From Octopus sinensis (lineage: Eukaryota): DNA of 54,384 nt. Of the stretch, positions 1 through 9,963 are shown one piece after another; the first letter of the stretch is position 1; the number at the start of each line of letters is the position of its first letter. Both the position numbers and the translations under genes were made by a program. The notes under the pieces were generated by a model, which did no database searches, was not told where the DNA came from, and worked only from the letters and a program-made list of their open reading frames with translations. Location of the stretch: positions 1 to 54,384 of the forward strand of contig NW_021834160.1 of the NCBI RefSeq assembly GCF_006345805.1. Reading direction: 5' to 3'.

Positions 1-305
1 CGGTCATGCTAAACCATGATATTGTACCTAGAAAGTTACCCTCCCAGGCACAAGTCTGGGCAAGGTTGTTTATGGAAGACCAGCAGTCGCCCATACTCTC
101 CACGCCACCAGTGTTATCCAAGGAAAGGGCAAAGGGGCCGAAACAGCTTGGCCCCTGTGACGTCGCAACTCATTTCTACAGTTGAGTGAACTGGAGCAAT
201 GTAAAATAAAATGTCTTGCTCAAGAACACAACACGCAACCCGGTCCGGGATTCGAGCTCACAACCTCACGAACGTAAGCTCGACGCTCTAACCACTGAGC
301 CATGC
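1..305 (-). mobile_element. tRNA-derived SINE (family D here), truncated by window start
   Basis: Minus strand reads GCATGGCTCAGTGGTTAGAGCGTCGAGCTTACGTTCGTGAGGTTGTGAGCTCGAATCCCGGACCGGG (A/B-box tRNA-like head). The body matches the copy at 8731-9050. Confidence 0.8.
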
Positions 306-444
306 TCCTACACATATATCTATATTTATATTAAATATATGCATTAAATAAATTTTACATTGATTATAGTTTGTACTTCCAGTTTGTCGGAATATATTAG
401 ATTTTAGGAAATATACGTTTTGGAAGCTGGTAAGTCTAATGAAC

Positions 445-611
445 TGTAGAGATGAAAAGAAAACTGAAGCGAAGGTGGCGGTGTAGAATAAGATTAAAGT
501 GGGAGTGAAACGCGAGATATTATATGGTCGAAGTTTCTAGAGCTGTAATTAGGGACTAACTTTTCAAAAGTTGTAAAAAATGTAATTGATTTTAATCCTC
601 ATTAAAAGACG
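445..611 (-). repeat. Interspersed repeat, inverted relative to copy at 3647-3820
   Basis: CTGTAGAGATG...CCTCATTAAAAGACGT is the reverse complement of 3647-3820 at high identity by eye. Confidence 0.75.
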
Positions 612-1304
612 TATATTTGATTGAATATGAATATAGGTTTCGTAATATGGCGTCGCCCCCGTACTAAACTTTCGTCAACGTAAGGTAGTTCGTATGAAGC
701 AATAACTTAAAGAAAATTGTTTGAAGAATATGTTATTACATAAAGCGCTTGGAAGAAAAGAGAAAGCGTTTAAATTCTTTAAATAAGCCGAGATAAACTG
801 AGAAACAGGAAGAAATGTAAAATATAATTCGTAGAATATTAATATTTTTGAAATATTTTTAAATTACTGGAGTTTAGAAATTGCTGAAAGAAGATGGGGT
901 TGTTTACAACCAAGTTAATTTAAATGTTTTTCGGGTTATGATTTAAAAGGTAAGAACGAGGTTGTGTTATGATGGGAGAAAAAATGGAGATAATGGAATA
1001 AAGATGATTACGTTAAAATAGATTAAGTTGCAATAAAGAATGAAGTGATGATAAATTCCAATATAGTTTCGAAATGTGTTTTATAAGGAATGAGGAATCG
1101 TTTAGTGTTGAAATGATGGAGAGGTAAATTTGGTATAAACGTCAATGTTAATATTCGCAATGAAATATTATTCAACACTGAGCCTGGATTAAAACAAATA
1201 TGGAACTGTAGAATTCAAATAATACGAATATAAAAATGGTTCCAGGTTTTATTTTTTGAGAACTGGAAATAATTAAGGACTACGTAATTCTTCGAAATAA
1301 TTCA

Positions 1305-1770
1305 CCAATCTTGGAGCGTAGGCGAGAAAGATATGCCATAATATACATCTGGAAGATCCTGGAAGGACTTGTCCCAAACTTTGGCATCGAGAGTTACACA
1401 AATGCCAGAACTGGGCGCCACTGCGTGGTGCCAAGGACTCCAAATTTGCCATCAAGATGTAGGACAAGATACTGTGATAGCCTGGGCTTCAGAGGCCCAC
1501 AGCTCTTCAATATCCTCCCGAAGAACCTGAGGGACCTGCATGGGGTGGATGCGGATGTCTTTAAAGTAGGACTGGATCTCTTCATGTCAGGTGTGCCGGA
1601 TGAACCAACTTCACGACAGGAGGTGCAGATGAGGGCAGCTGCATCGAACTCTCTCATGCACCAAATGGCAGTTGCTAAAAAGCATTCGTGAAGTAAAATC
1701 ATGTAGCAACACCAAATGGCGGTGCCCCAGCATGGCCACAGCTCGTGAGCTGAAACTAGATAAAATTTAA
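1305..1770 (+). mobile_element. 5'-truncated non-LTR retrotransposon 3' end (CR1/L2/Jockey-group ORF2 C-terminus plus 3'UTR)
   Basis: ORF 1311-1691 ERRRERYAIIYIWKILEGLVPN...RGPQLFNILPKNLR...FKVGLDLFMSGVPDEP resembles the post-RT C-terminal region of CR1-group LINEs. It is followed by the short 3'UTR GGCGGTGCCCCAGCATGGCC and an A-rich tail. Confidence 0.8.
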
Positions 1771-2043
1771 AAAATTTTTAATCTGTGAGCAGTAATGTGG
1801 AACTGCTCATAGACACACATGCGAAAGCTGTGTTCCAGTTTTGCAGCTGTCTTGGTGGCCCGAAACATCGGCACTGATGTGAAATTTCGTCCATATAACT
1901 CCAGTGTTCTGCCTTGGAAGAGCGCAGTAAGGAAACCACACGTCGAGCAAAAGGGCAAAATTCAAAATAAATGTGGATAAATAAGCATTAATTACATTTG
2001 ACAGAGTAATCTGAATGATTTGAGGTTAAGTGAGCATAGTTTG

Positions 2044-3114
2044 TTACTTAAATGACTGTGGGGCCTTCTCAGAAAAAGACGTTTCCCAATGTCTGCCATC
2101 AAAATATTCAGTTTTCATTGATAAGGACCCAAACCTAATCTTAATTCACAATAATTCATTTCCCCTACCAAGTTCTCATTTGTTCTCAAGAGCTTCTTCA
2201 CTGTGCCTGTGCCACCTGCCACTTATGTGCACGGAGGGCGGATGAGATTCTTTTCTTCACTAGGCACAAGGCCTGAAATTTTTGGGGAGGGGGACCCAAG
2301 TATGCAACTGGTACTTAATTTATCGACCCCGAAAGAATGAAAGGCCAAGCGGACCTTGACGGAATTGAATTCAGAACATAACGGCAGACGAAATACCTAT
2401 TTTCTATTACCCACAAGGGGCTAAACACAGAGGGGACAAACAAGGACAGACATAGGTATTAAGTCGATTACATCGACCCCAGTGCGTAACTGGTACTTAA
2501 TTTATCGACCCCGAAAGGATGAAAGGCAAAGTCGACCTCGGCGGAATTTGAACTCACAAAGTAACGCAGACGAAATACGCTAAGCATTTCGCCCGGCGTG
2601 CTAACGTTTCTGCCAGCTCGCCGCCTTTAATTTATCGACCCCAGTGCGTAACTGGTACTTAATTTATCGACCCCGAAAGGATGAAAGGCAAAGTCGACCT
2701 CGGCGGAATTTGAACTCACAACGTAACGCAGACGAAATACCGCTAAGCATTTCGCCTGGTGTGCTAACGTTTCTTATTTCTTTATTGCCCACAGCGAGGA
2801 TTGATGCCATAAGAATCTTGGTTTGAACGAGGGACATAGAAACTCTGTACTCCGCAGATTTTGCAGAACATATGTTTTGCTGTCATGGTGTTGAATCGAT
2901 ATGTCGTTAAGTTTTCTTCTCCCTTGAGTATTTCCATATTTGATTCATGTACAATAAAATGAGTATTGTGTTTCACAAAGCAAATACTTCAATTGCATTC
3001 AAGAACCAGTAATGTTTCTAGTGTCCAGCATTGGAATTGAACCGCTCCACAGTGACAGCCACCAAAGTATGCCTTATATTGATTTCCATTTTCATGAAAA
3101 CTAAAGTACTTCAT
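2044..3114 (-). pseudogene. CENPV: CENP-V / GFA (glutathione-dependent formaldehyde-activating enzyme) domain sequence, disrupted; in-frame TGA at a conserved Cys
   Basis: Manual translation from ATG 3114: MKYFSFHENGNQYKAYFGGCHCGAVQFQCWTLETLLVLECN*SICFVKHNTHFIVHES...TYRFNT...HMFCKICGVQSFYVPRSNQDSYGINPRC. This matches the CENP-V motifs GGCHCGAV, CNCSIC, FCxxCGVQSFY and PRSN. The C-terminus SMKTEYFDGRHWE...K* resumes at about 2136-2044 after a SINE cluster. The TGA is at 2991-2989. Confidence 0.85.
2258..2790 (-). mobile_element. Cluster/multimer of SINE family B (Meta-domain-like) interrupting the CENP-V sequence
   Basis: Repeated units with AGGCGGCGAGCTGGCAGAAACGTTAGCACG head and GCCTTTCATCCTTTCGGGGTCGATAAATTAAGTACC core on the minus strand. 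Confidence 0.85.
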
Positions 3115-3339
3115 CAAAGGTTGTCTCAGAAAAACTTTGATAGTCAACTGGCAGGAGTGTTACTGTTATATCGCACGTTCGGATTGCTTTCAACTCAACT
3201 CGACCCTCCACTGTTATGTCGCAAGTTCGGATTGCCTTCTACTCAACTCTCCCCTACTCTAGTCTGACCTCGACGTCTCGGCTTCTCCCTCTATATCTAC
3301 GTATTGGTCTAGCCTACTTCATCATCAGAGGGCGTCCAC

Positions 3340-3650
3340 ACAACAGTTACAAAAGAGGAGATTCTAAGAAGCGTGCGGTCAGAACTAATACAAGAGATTA
3401 ATAGCAAAGCGCCGATTCTGCGTGGTTGGCCACATTCTCCGTCAAACAGATCAACGGTACTCGAAAACACCCGTGACTTGAGTACCACCTGATGGTAGGA
3501 CGAAAACGGACGGCCAAAGATCACCTGCCGGTGGACATTTCAAGATGACCTGAAGAGAGTCAGGATTATGCGGAATGGATGTGCAAGAGCCAACAGGATC
3601 TGGAGGATGAAGCTTGCTGCCAAATGCGCTAAACTGCGCAGAAGGACGTC
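3340..3650 (+). mobile_element. Decayed RTE-clade LINE 3' fragment
   Basis: Frameshifted translation TKEEILR...GRPKITCRWTFQDDLKRV...KLAAKCAKLRRR resembles the RTE ORF C-terminus (GRPxxxW...DL). Short re-copies of its end occur at about 3825-3875 and, inverted, at 4141-4218. Confidence 0.65.
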
Positions 3651-3820
3651 TCTTAATGAGGATTAAAATCAATTACGTTTTTTACAACTTTTGAAAAGTT
3701 AGTCCCTGATTACAGCTCTAGAAACTTCGACCATATAATATCTCGCGTTTCACTCCCACTTTCATCTTATTCTACACCGCCACCCTCGCTTCAGTTTTTT
3801 TTTTTTTTTCATCTCTACAG
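3647..3820 (+). repeat. Interspersed repeat, inverted partner of 445-611
   Basis: Direct reading: reverse complement of 445-611. Confidence 0.75.
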
Positions 3821-4039
3821 CTAAAGATGAAGCTTGCTGCCAAATGCACTAAACTGCGCAGAAGGACCTACAGCTAAAGTTAAGTTCTTTGAAAGCAATG
3901 GTTTAAGAATTTTATATTTAAGTGTTTACAATAACTGGATGACGAAGGAATACTAAAAACGTCAGATCAACTGTAATGAAAGGGTATGGAGATGAGGATG
4001 AAATAAAACAATAGCATGGAATTTACAGTGAGTTATAAG

Positions 4040-4591
4040 TTATCCTTTTACTCTTTTACTTGTTTCAGTCATTTGACTGTGGCCGTGCTGGAGCACCGCC
4101 TTTAGTCGAGCAAATTGACCCCAGGACTTATTCTTTAGCTGTAGGTTCTTCTGCGCAGTTTAGCGCATTTGGCAGCAAGCTTCATTTTCCGGATTCGGTT
4201 GGCTCTTGCACATCCATTTGGAAGCCTAGTACTTATTCTATCGGTTTCTTTTGCCGAACCGCTAAGTTACGGTGACGTAAACACACCAGCATCGGTTGTC
4301 AAGCGATGGTGGGGGGACAAACACAGACACACAAACATATACACACACATACACACATACATATATATATATATATATCACCGTGATTCACCGTGACTGA
4401 CCAGGCTATGAGATGATGCTGTTACACATCGCTGGTCACAATGCGCTTCGCATTGTCTTAGCCTTAAAATGACGCACACCCGCAGGCTAAGCGAGCAGGC
4501 CATATATATATATAATATATATACTATAATATATATACTATATATATATATATATAATATATATATGTATGTATGTATGTATTATGTATGT

Positions 4592-4669
<78 letters not shown>

Positions 4670-4850
4670 TGATAGATAGATACGACGAGCTTCTTTAGTT
4701 TCCGTCTACCAAATCCACTCACACCAGGCTTTGGTCGGCTCGAGGCTATAGTAGAAGACACTTGTCCAAGGTGTCACGCAGTGGGACTGAACCCCGAACC
4801 ATGTGGTTGGTAAGCAAGCTACTTACCACACAGCCACTCCTACGCCTATG
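4040..4850 (-). mobile_element. SINE family A, split by an RTE fragment, another insert and TA/TATG/TAGA microsatellites
   Basis: 3' half at 4040-4380 and 5' head at 4680-4850, both matching other family A copies. Confidence 0.8.
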
Positions 4851-5766
4851 TTACTTAAGATAGTTTTTTTAGAAACAGGGTGGATTGTGGTGCAAAAACA
4901 TCGGGATATTGAGACAACGCCAGTTGACTCGACACAAAACATTTTTTATTAATTGTCTATTTTCATTCATCCAATCGTGTAACAGGATTCTATCACGTGA
5001 CGTTTTCCTCCTCCAACCTCGTTTATCATCTTAACATACGTCTATTCATCCAGTCGTATGACACATTATTGACTCCATCAGGTGATATTTTATACATTGA
5101 CTCATTTTATGAATTCATTCTTTTTTCACCGCGCGTCGCTTCTTTTTAATACAGTCATAATCATTTACATCGTAGACAATTGGAATTGCGGCTTACCATT
5201 TTATATTTCTTTTTTGTGAATTATTGCAATATGTTTTCGTTTATTATCTGAACGCAATTCGTTATTCGTTCTTACGTTCTAGCAGATATGGTTCTCCTAA
5301 ATACGACAATAAAGATATCAAATGAAAGGATGATAAAATATAGTTGGGTGCAAAATGTATGGAGGTTGATACAAGTTCTAGTACAGGGGTAGCCAAACTT
5401 GCTTAAATCTTGTTTAAATCCGTATCTATTGTCAATTTTTCTCGACTAAAGGCGGTGCTCCAGCATGGCCACAGTCAAATGACTCAAACAAATAAAAGAG
5501 TAAAAGAATAACTTATAACTCACTATAAATTCCGTGCTACTGTTTTATCTCGACCTCATGTACATACCCTTTCATTGCAGTTGATTTGGCGTTTTTAGTA
5601 TCTCTTCGTCATCCAGGTATTGTAAACCCTTAAATACAAACATAGATACTTAGATTAATAAAATAGGTGTACCAAGCTTGACAAAATAAGTACAGGTTTG
5701 ACGACAAGTCTGAGGTCGGGGCTACACTAATAAAGCTATCTGTAACCAATCTCATCCTCTCTCTGA

Positions 5767-6660
5767 AGGCGGCGAGCTGGTCGAAACGTTAGCACACAGG
5801 GCGAAATGCTTAGTGATATTTCGTGTCTTTACGTTCTGAGCTCAAATTCCGCCGAGGTCGACTTTGCCTTTCATCCTTTCGGGGTCGATAAATTAAGTAC
5901 CAGTTACGCACTGAGGTCGACATAATCGACTTAATCCTTTGTCTGTGTCCTTCTCTTTGTTCCCTCTATGTTTAGCCCCTTGTGGGCAACAACAAAAATA
6001 AGAAACCTTAGCACCGCCGGGCAAATTCATAGCCGCATTCGCCTGCCGTTACGTTCTGAGTTCAAATTCCGCCGAGGTCGACTTTACCTTTCATCCTTAC
6101 GGGGTCGCTAAATTAAATACCAGTTACGCACTGGGGTCGGCATAACCGACTTAATCCCTTTGTCTGTCCTTGTTTGTCCCATCTATGTTTAGCCCCTTGT
6201 GGGCAAAAATAAGAAACGTTAGCACGCCGGGCGAAATGCATAGCTGTATTTCGTCTGCCGTTACGTTCTGAGTCCAAATTTCGCCGAGGTCGACTTTGCC
6301 TTTCATCCTATCGGGGTCGATTAATTAAGTACCAGTTACGCACTGGAGTCGATGTAATCGACTTAATACCTATGTCTGTCCTCGTTTGTCCTCTCTGTGT
6401 TTAGCCCCTTGTGAGCAATAAAGAAATAAGAAACGTTAGCACACCAGGCGAAATTTTTAGCGTTATTTCGTCTGTCTTTATGTTCTGAGTTCAAATTCCG
6501 TCACGGTCGGCTTGGCCTTTCATTCTTTCGGGGTCGATAAATTAAGTACCAGTGGAGGGTCGAGTTCAGTAGAAGGCAATCCGAATACTTGAGCCGATCT
6601 AATCGTCTGGCTCCCTCTCCAAAATTTTCGGGCCTTGTGCCTAGTGAAGAAAAGAATCTC
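5767..6660 (+). mobile_element. Head-to-tail multimer (about 4 units) of SINE family B
   Basis: About 200-bp unit (GTTAGCAC...GAGTTCAAATTCCGCCGAGGTCGAC...TTTAGCCCCTTGTGGGCAATAAAGAAATAAG) repeated in tandem. Confidence 0.85.
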
Positions 6661-6664
6661 ATTT

Positions 6665-6903
6665 CAACCAATCAATGACGTCCATTGAGGTAAAAAAAAA
6701 ACGTTCTGTGCCGTATGAATATATCCCTCGTTTAAGAAACAGATTGGGTTTATTTACATTTGTGAAGAAAAAAAGATACCCTTCCCCCCCACCCAAACCC
6801 TAACACAGATTGAAATGCAATAGATCGATACTAGGGTCATAATTATGGTGACAATTTCATATGACACCGCTACAAAAAACTGCCGGTCAAACCGAAAAGA
6901 TCC
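6665..6903 (-). mobile_element. Partial GGATC-TIR MITE
   Basis: Ends in AAAAACTGCCGGTCAAACCGAAAAGATCC. The internal sequence matches full copies. Confidence 0.8.
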
Positions 6904-6988
6904 GTAGATACTCTATTTAAACAGGTTTTACTAGAAGGCAACAGTAAATCTTAATTTGTGTAATGTTTGTTTATAAATAATTCAGATA

Positions 6989-7315
6989 TCTTTATATATA
7001 AAAGTAAGGTGTGTGTCTGTCTCCTACGATTTAGATTCCTAACTACTCCCACATTTGCGGTGCAGTTTAACCAAAACCGGGTATCTTATAGTCGTGATTC
7101 ATATCGAGCCCTTCTGGGTATTAGCGCGCGTCTACGATGAGTCTACGATTAAAAAAAAAGTTTACCATTCATTTTTTCCCATTTTAATGCATTTTTCGCT
7201 ATTATAATAGGGAAGTAACTCTCTAAAAATGTCTACGATGAGTTAACGATTCTCTAAAAATGCTTATATAGTTATTTCCCTTACAAACCCGAGCAACGCC
7301 GGGCGATACTGCTAG
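6989..7315 (+). mobile_element. Non-autonomous Helitron
   Basis: 5' TC(TTTATATATAAAAG), 3' GC-rich hairpin CCCGAGCAACGCCGGG followed by CTAG, inserted between A and T with no TSD. The 3' end is nearly identical to that of the element ending at 44248. Confidence 0.8.
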
Positions 7316-7468
7316 TTTTATATATTATTGTTTAAAATTTTGTGGCATTTGTGATTGTCGATTGTACGGAGGATTAAACCAAAAGGCTGGTCACCTTCAG
7401 AGTGAATTGCTTTTGGCGATGAGTTGTTTTCGGCGATGAATTATCAGAGAATCTGTTTCTGTTTAGAT

Positions 7469-8313
7469 CAGGGTTCTCAGCCATTTTTCACGATTACTAT
7501 TTTATTCTGGCGGACCCCTATAGCCAATCGATGTTTAAAAACTAGTTTTGTAGAACCTTCTGACAGAATCCCTATTTTGTTTTTCACACATTAACTTTTG
7601 TAGGTTGAACTAGAAGTGGCTGTGTGGTAAGTAGCTTGCTCACCAACCACATGGTTCCGGGTTCATTCCCACTGCGTGTCACCTTGGATATGCGTCTTCT
7701 ACTGTAGCCTCGGACCGAACTATAGGCGTAGGAGTGGCTGTGTGGTAAGTAGCTTGCTCACCAACCATATTATTCCGGGTTCAGTCCCACTGCATGGCAC
7801 CTTGGGCAAGTGTCTTCTATTATAGCCTCGGGCCGACCAAAACCTTTTGAGTGGATTTCGTAGACGAAAACTGAAAGAAGCCCGTCGCATATGTGTGTGT
7901 GTGTGTGCGCGCGTGTGTTTGTGTGTCTGTGTTTGTCCCCCCAACATCGCTTGACAACCGATGGTGGTGTGTTTGCGTCTCCGTCACGTAGCGGTTCGGC
8001 AAAAGAGACCGATAGAATAAGTAACTAGGTTTACAAAGCATAAGTCCTGGGGTCGATTTGTTCGACTAAAGGCGGTGCACCAGCATGGCCGTAGTCAAAT
8101 GACTGAAACGAATAAAAGAAATAAATGAAACATGTAAAATATTGAATAAAAAAATTTAGCTTTTTCTTACAATACACACCAATACATACATCTAAAGCAA
8201 TTTTTTTTTTTTTTTTTTGGTGGGGGGAACCAAAATAGGATTGTGGATCCCCAATTTGCTATTTTGTTACATGGACCCCCAGGGGCCATACGGACCCAGG
8301 TTGAGAACAACTG
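7469..8313. mobile_element. hAT (Charlie-like) MITE with nested SINE A copies
   Basis: TIRs CAGGGTTCTCAGCC / GGTTGAGAACAACTG. 8-bp TSD GTTTAGAT / GTTTAGAG (7 of 8 identical). Confidence 0.75.
7725..8120 (+). mobile_element. SINE family A (preceded by a partial head at about 7614-7720)
   Basis: GGAGTGGCTGTGTGGTAAGTAGCTTGC head through GGCGGTGCACCAGCATGGCC...GACTGAAAC tail. Confidence 0.85.
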
Positions 8314-8730
8314 GTTTAGAGCATTGTTAATTAAACAGAATATATTTGTAAAACTTGTACGCCTGAAGGGAGATTAGAGAAGCATAAACGAATATTCTTC
8401 ATTTGGTTTTGTATGGTATTCTCATCCCCGTCACTTAGCGGTTCGGCAAAGGACACCGATAGAATAAGTACTAGGCTTACAAAAAATAAGTCCTGGGGTC
8501 GATTTGCTCGACTAAAGGCGGTGCTCCAGCATGGCCGCAGTCAAACGACTGAAACAAATAAAAGCATGTTTAAAGTGATTTCTTTTGTGCCGTAGACAAT
8601 TTACCATTTCCGTGGTGTCTCCCTCTTTTCTTGATGCCCTAAGCACGTGTTTATTTTGCTTAATGGTCAAGCCAGCGCTGATTTGCCCGTAATCACTACT
8701 AATTTGATACGTCTACTATACATGTGTGAA

Positions 8731-9050
8731 GGCGCGTGGCTCAGTGGTTAGAGCGTCGAGCTTACGATCGTGAGGTTGTGAGCTCGAATCCCGGACCGGG
8801 TTGCGTGTTGTGTTCTTGAGCAAGACACTTTATTTCACGTTGCTCCAGTTCACTCAGCTGTAGAAATGAGTTATGCATCACTGGTGCCAAGCTGTATCGA
8901 CCTTTGTCTTTCCCTTGGATAACACTGGTGGCGTTGAGAGGGGAGGTCGGTATGCATGGGTGACTGTTGGTCTTCCATAAACAGACTTGTGCCTGGGAGG
9001 GTAACTTCCTAGGTGCAATCCCATGGTCAGTCGTGACCGAAGTGGGTCTC
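8731..9050 (+). mobile_element. tRNA-derived SINE family D
   Basis: GGCGCGTGGCTCAGTGGTTAGAGCGTCG head with A and B boxes, then GTGTTCTTGAGCAAGACACTT central domain. Same family as 1-305. Confidence 0.8.
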
Positions 9051-9399
9051 GTATGCATGTGTATGTCTTCGCGTCTATGCTTGTCACACACCTCCTCCGC
9101 CTAAATCCACCGTGTTTGTATTTATTTACGTCACTGTAACTTTGCGGTTCTACAAAATAAACCGATAAAATAAGTACCAAACTTTAAAAGAAAAAAATAA
9201 GCATTGGGATAGATTGTTCAGGATAAAAGTCTTCAAGGCAGTGCTCCAGCATGGCCACAGTCTAATGTCTGAAACAAGTAAACAGTAAAAAAGTAAAAAT
9301 TGAGGAAAAAAAAAACGAAAATCTAAAAGAGTTACCTCCCATAATCTATTAATTTCAACAGTTATTTCCCTTTATATCATTAACTTTTATATCCAACTC

Positions 9400-9630
9400 T
9401 GAATGTCGTATAACGGGAAGGTTTACGAAAATAAACAAAAGACCAAGGCAGGTGGAGTACAAACAAACAAATGTATTAGTATAGCGCTCAGGAATAGAAA
9501 TAGAAAAAGTCTTTTATGTTTCGAGCCTACGCTCTTCGACAGAAAGGTACACAGGAAAAAACAAGGAGAGAAACAAGGAGAGAAAAAAATGCGTGTAGTG
9601 GCTAACGATCTACGATGGCGTCTGAATGTT
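9400..9630 (-). mobile_element. Possible Penelope-like element terminal remnant
   Basis: Minus strand CTGTCGAAGAGCGTAGGCTCGAAAC resembles the minimal hammerhead-like motif of Penelope pseudo-LTRs. No coding support was found. Confidence 0.35.
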
Positions 9631-9727
9631 GCATGATCGATTTACATCACTTGACACTGAATAAATGTCGTTTCTTCTTTATGGGCTCCGAAAGATGACA
9701 AAGGTAGCTATATATAATACCACAAAA

Positions 9728-9903
9728 AAGGCGGTGAGCTGGCAAAAACGTTAGCACGCCGGGCGAAATGCTTAGCAGTATTTCGTCTGCCGCTACGTTC
9801 TAAGTTCAAATTCCGCCGAGGTCGACTTTGCCTTTCATCCTTACGGGGTCGATTAAATAGGTACCAGTTACGTACTGGGGTCCATGTAATCGATTTAGTC
9901 CCT
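9728..9903 (+). mobile_element. SINE family B
   Basis: AAGGCGGTGAGCTGGCAAAAACGTTAGCACG head and the family core. Confidence 0.8.
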
Positions 9904-9904
9904 T

Positions 9905-9932
9905 TATGTATGTATGTATGTACGTATGTATG

Positions 9933-9963
<31 letters not shown>

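Noticed and set aside
1770-1960. Possible SECIS or GST-omega-like FCPFARR peptide downstream of CENP-V on the minus strand
   Set aside because: The ATGAGCAGT...ACTGCTCA hairpin is fully Watson-Crick paired, without the GA/GA quartet or apical AA of a SECIS. The peptide similarity does not extend beyond about 7 residues.
7720-8041. Recurrent 60-160 aa ORFs containing RRHLPKVPRSGTEPGTMWLV and similar strings across the window
   Set aside because: They are translations of non-coding SINE A, B and C copies.
8731-8800. tRNA-like sequence with A and B boxes (also about 240-305 and the heads of SINE A)
   Set aside because: The acceptor stem does not close and the sequence continues into a SINE body, so it is a SINE head, not a tRNA gene.
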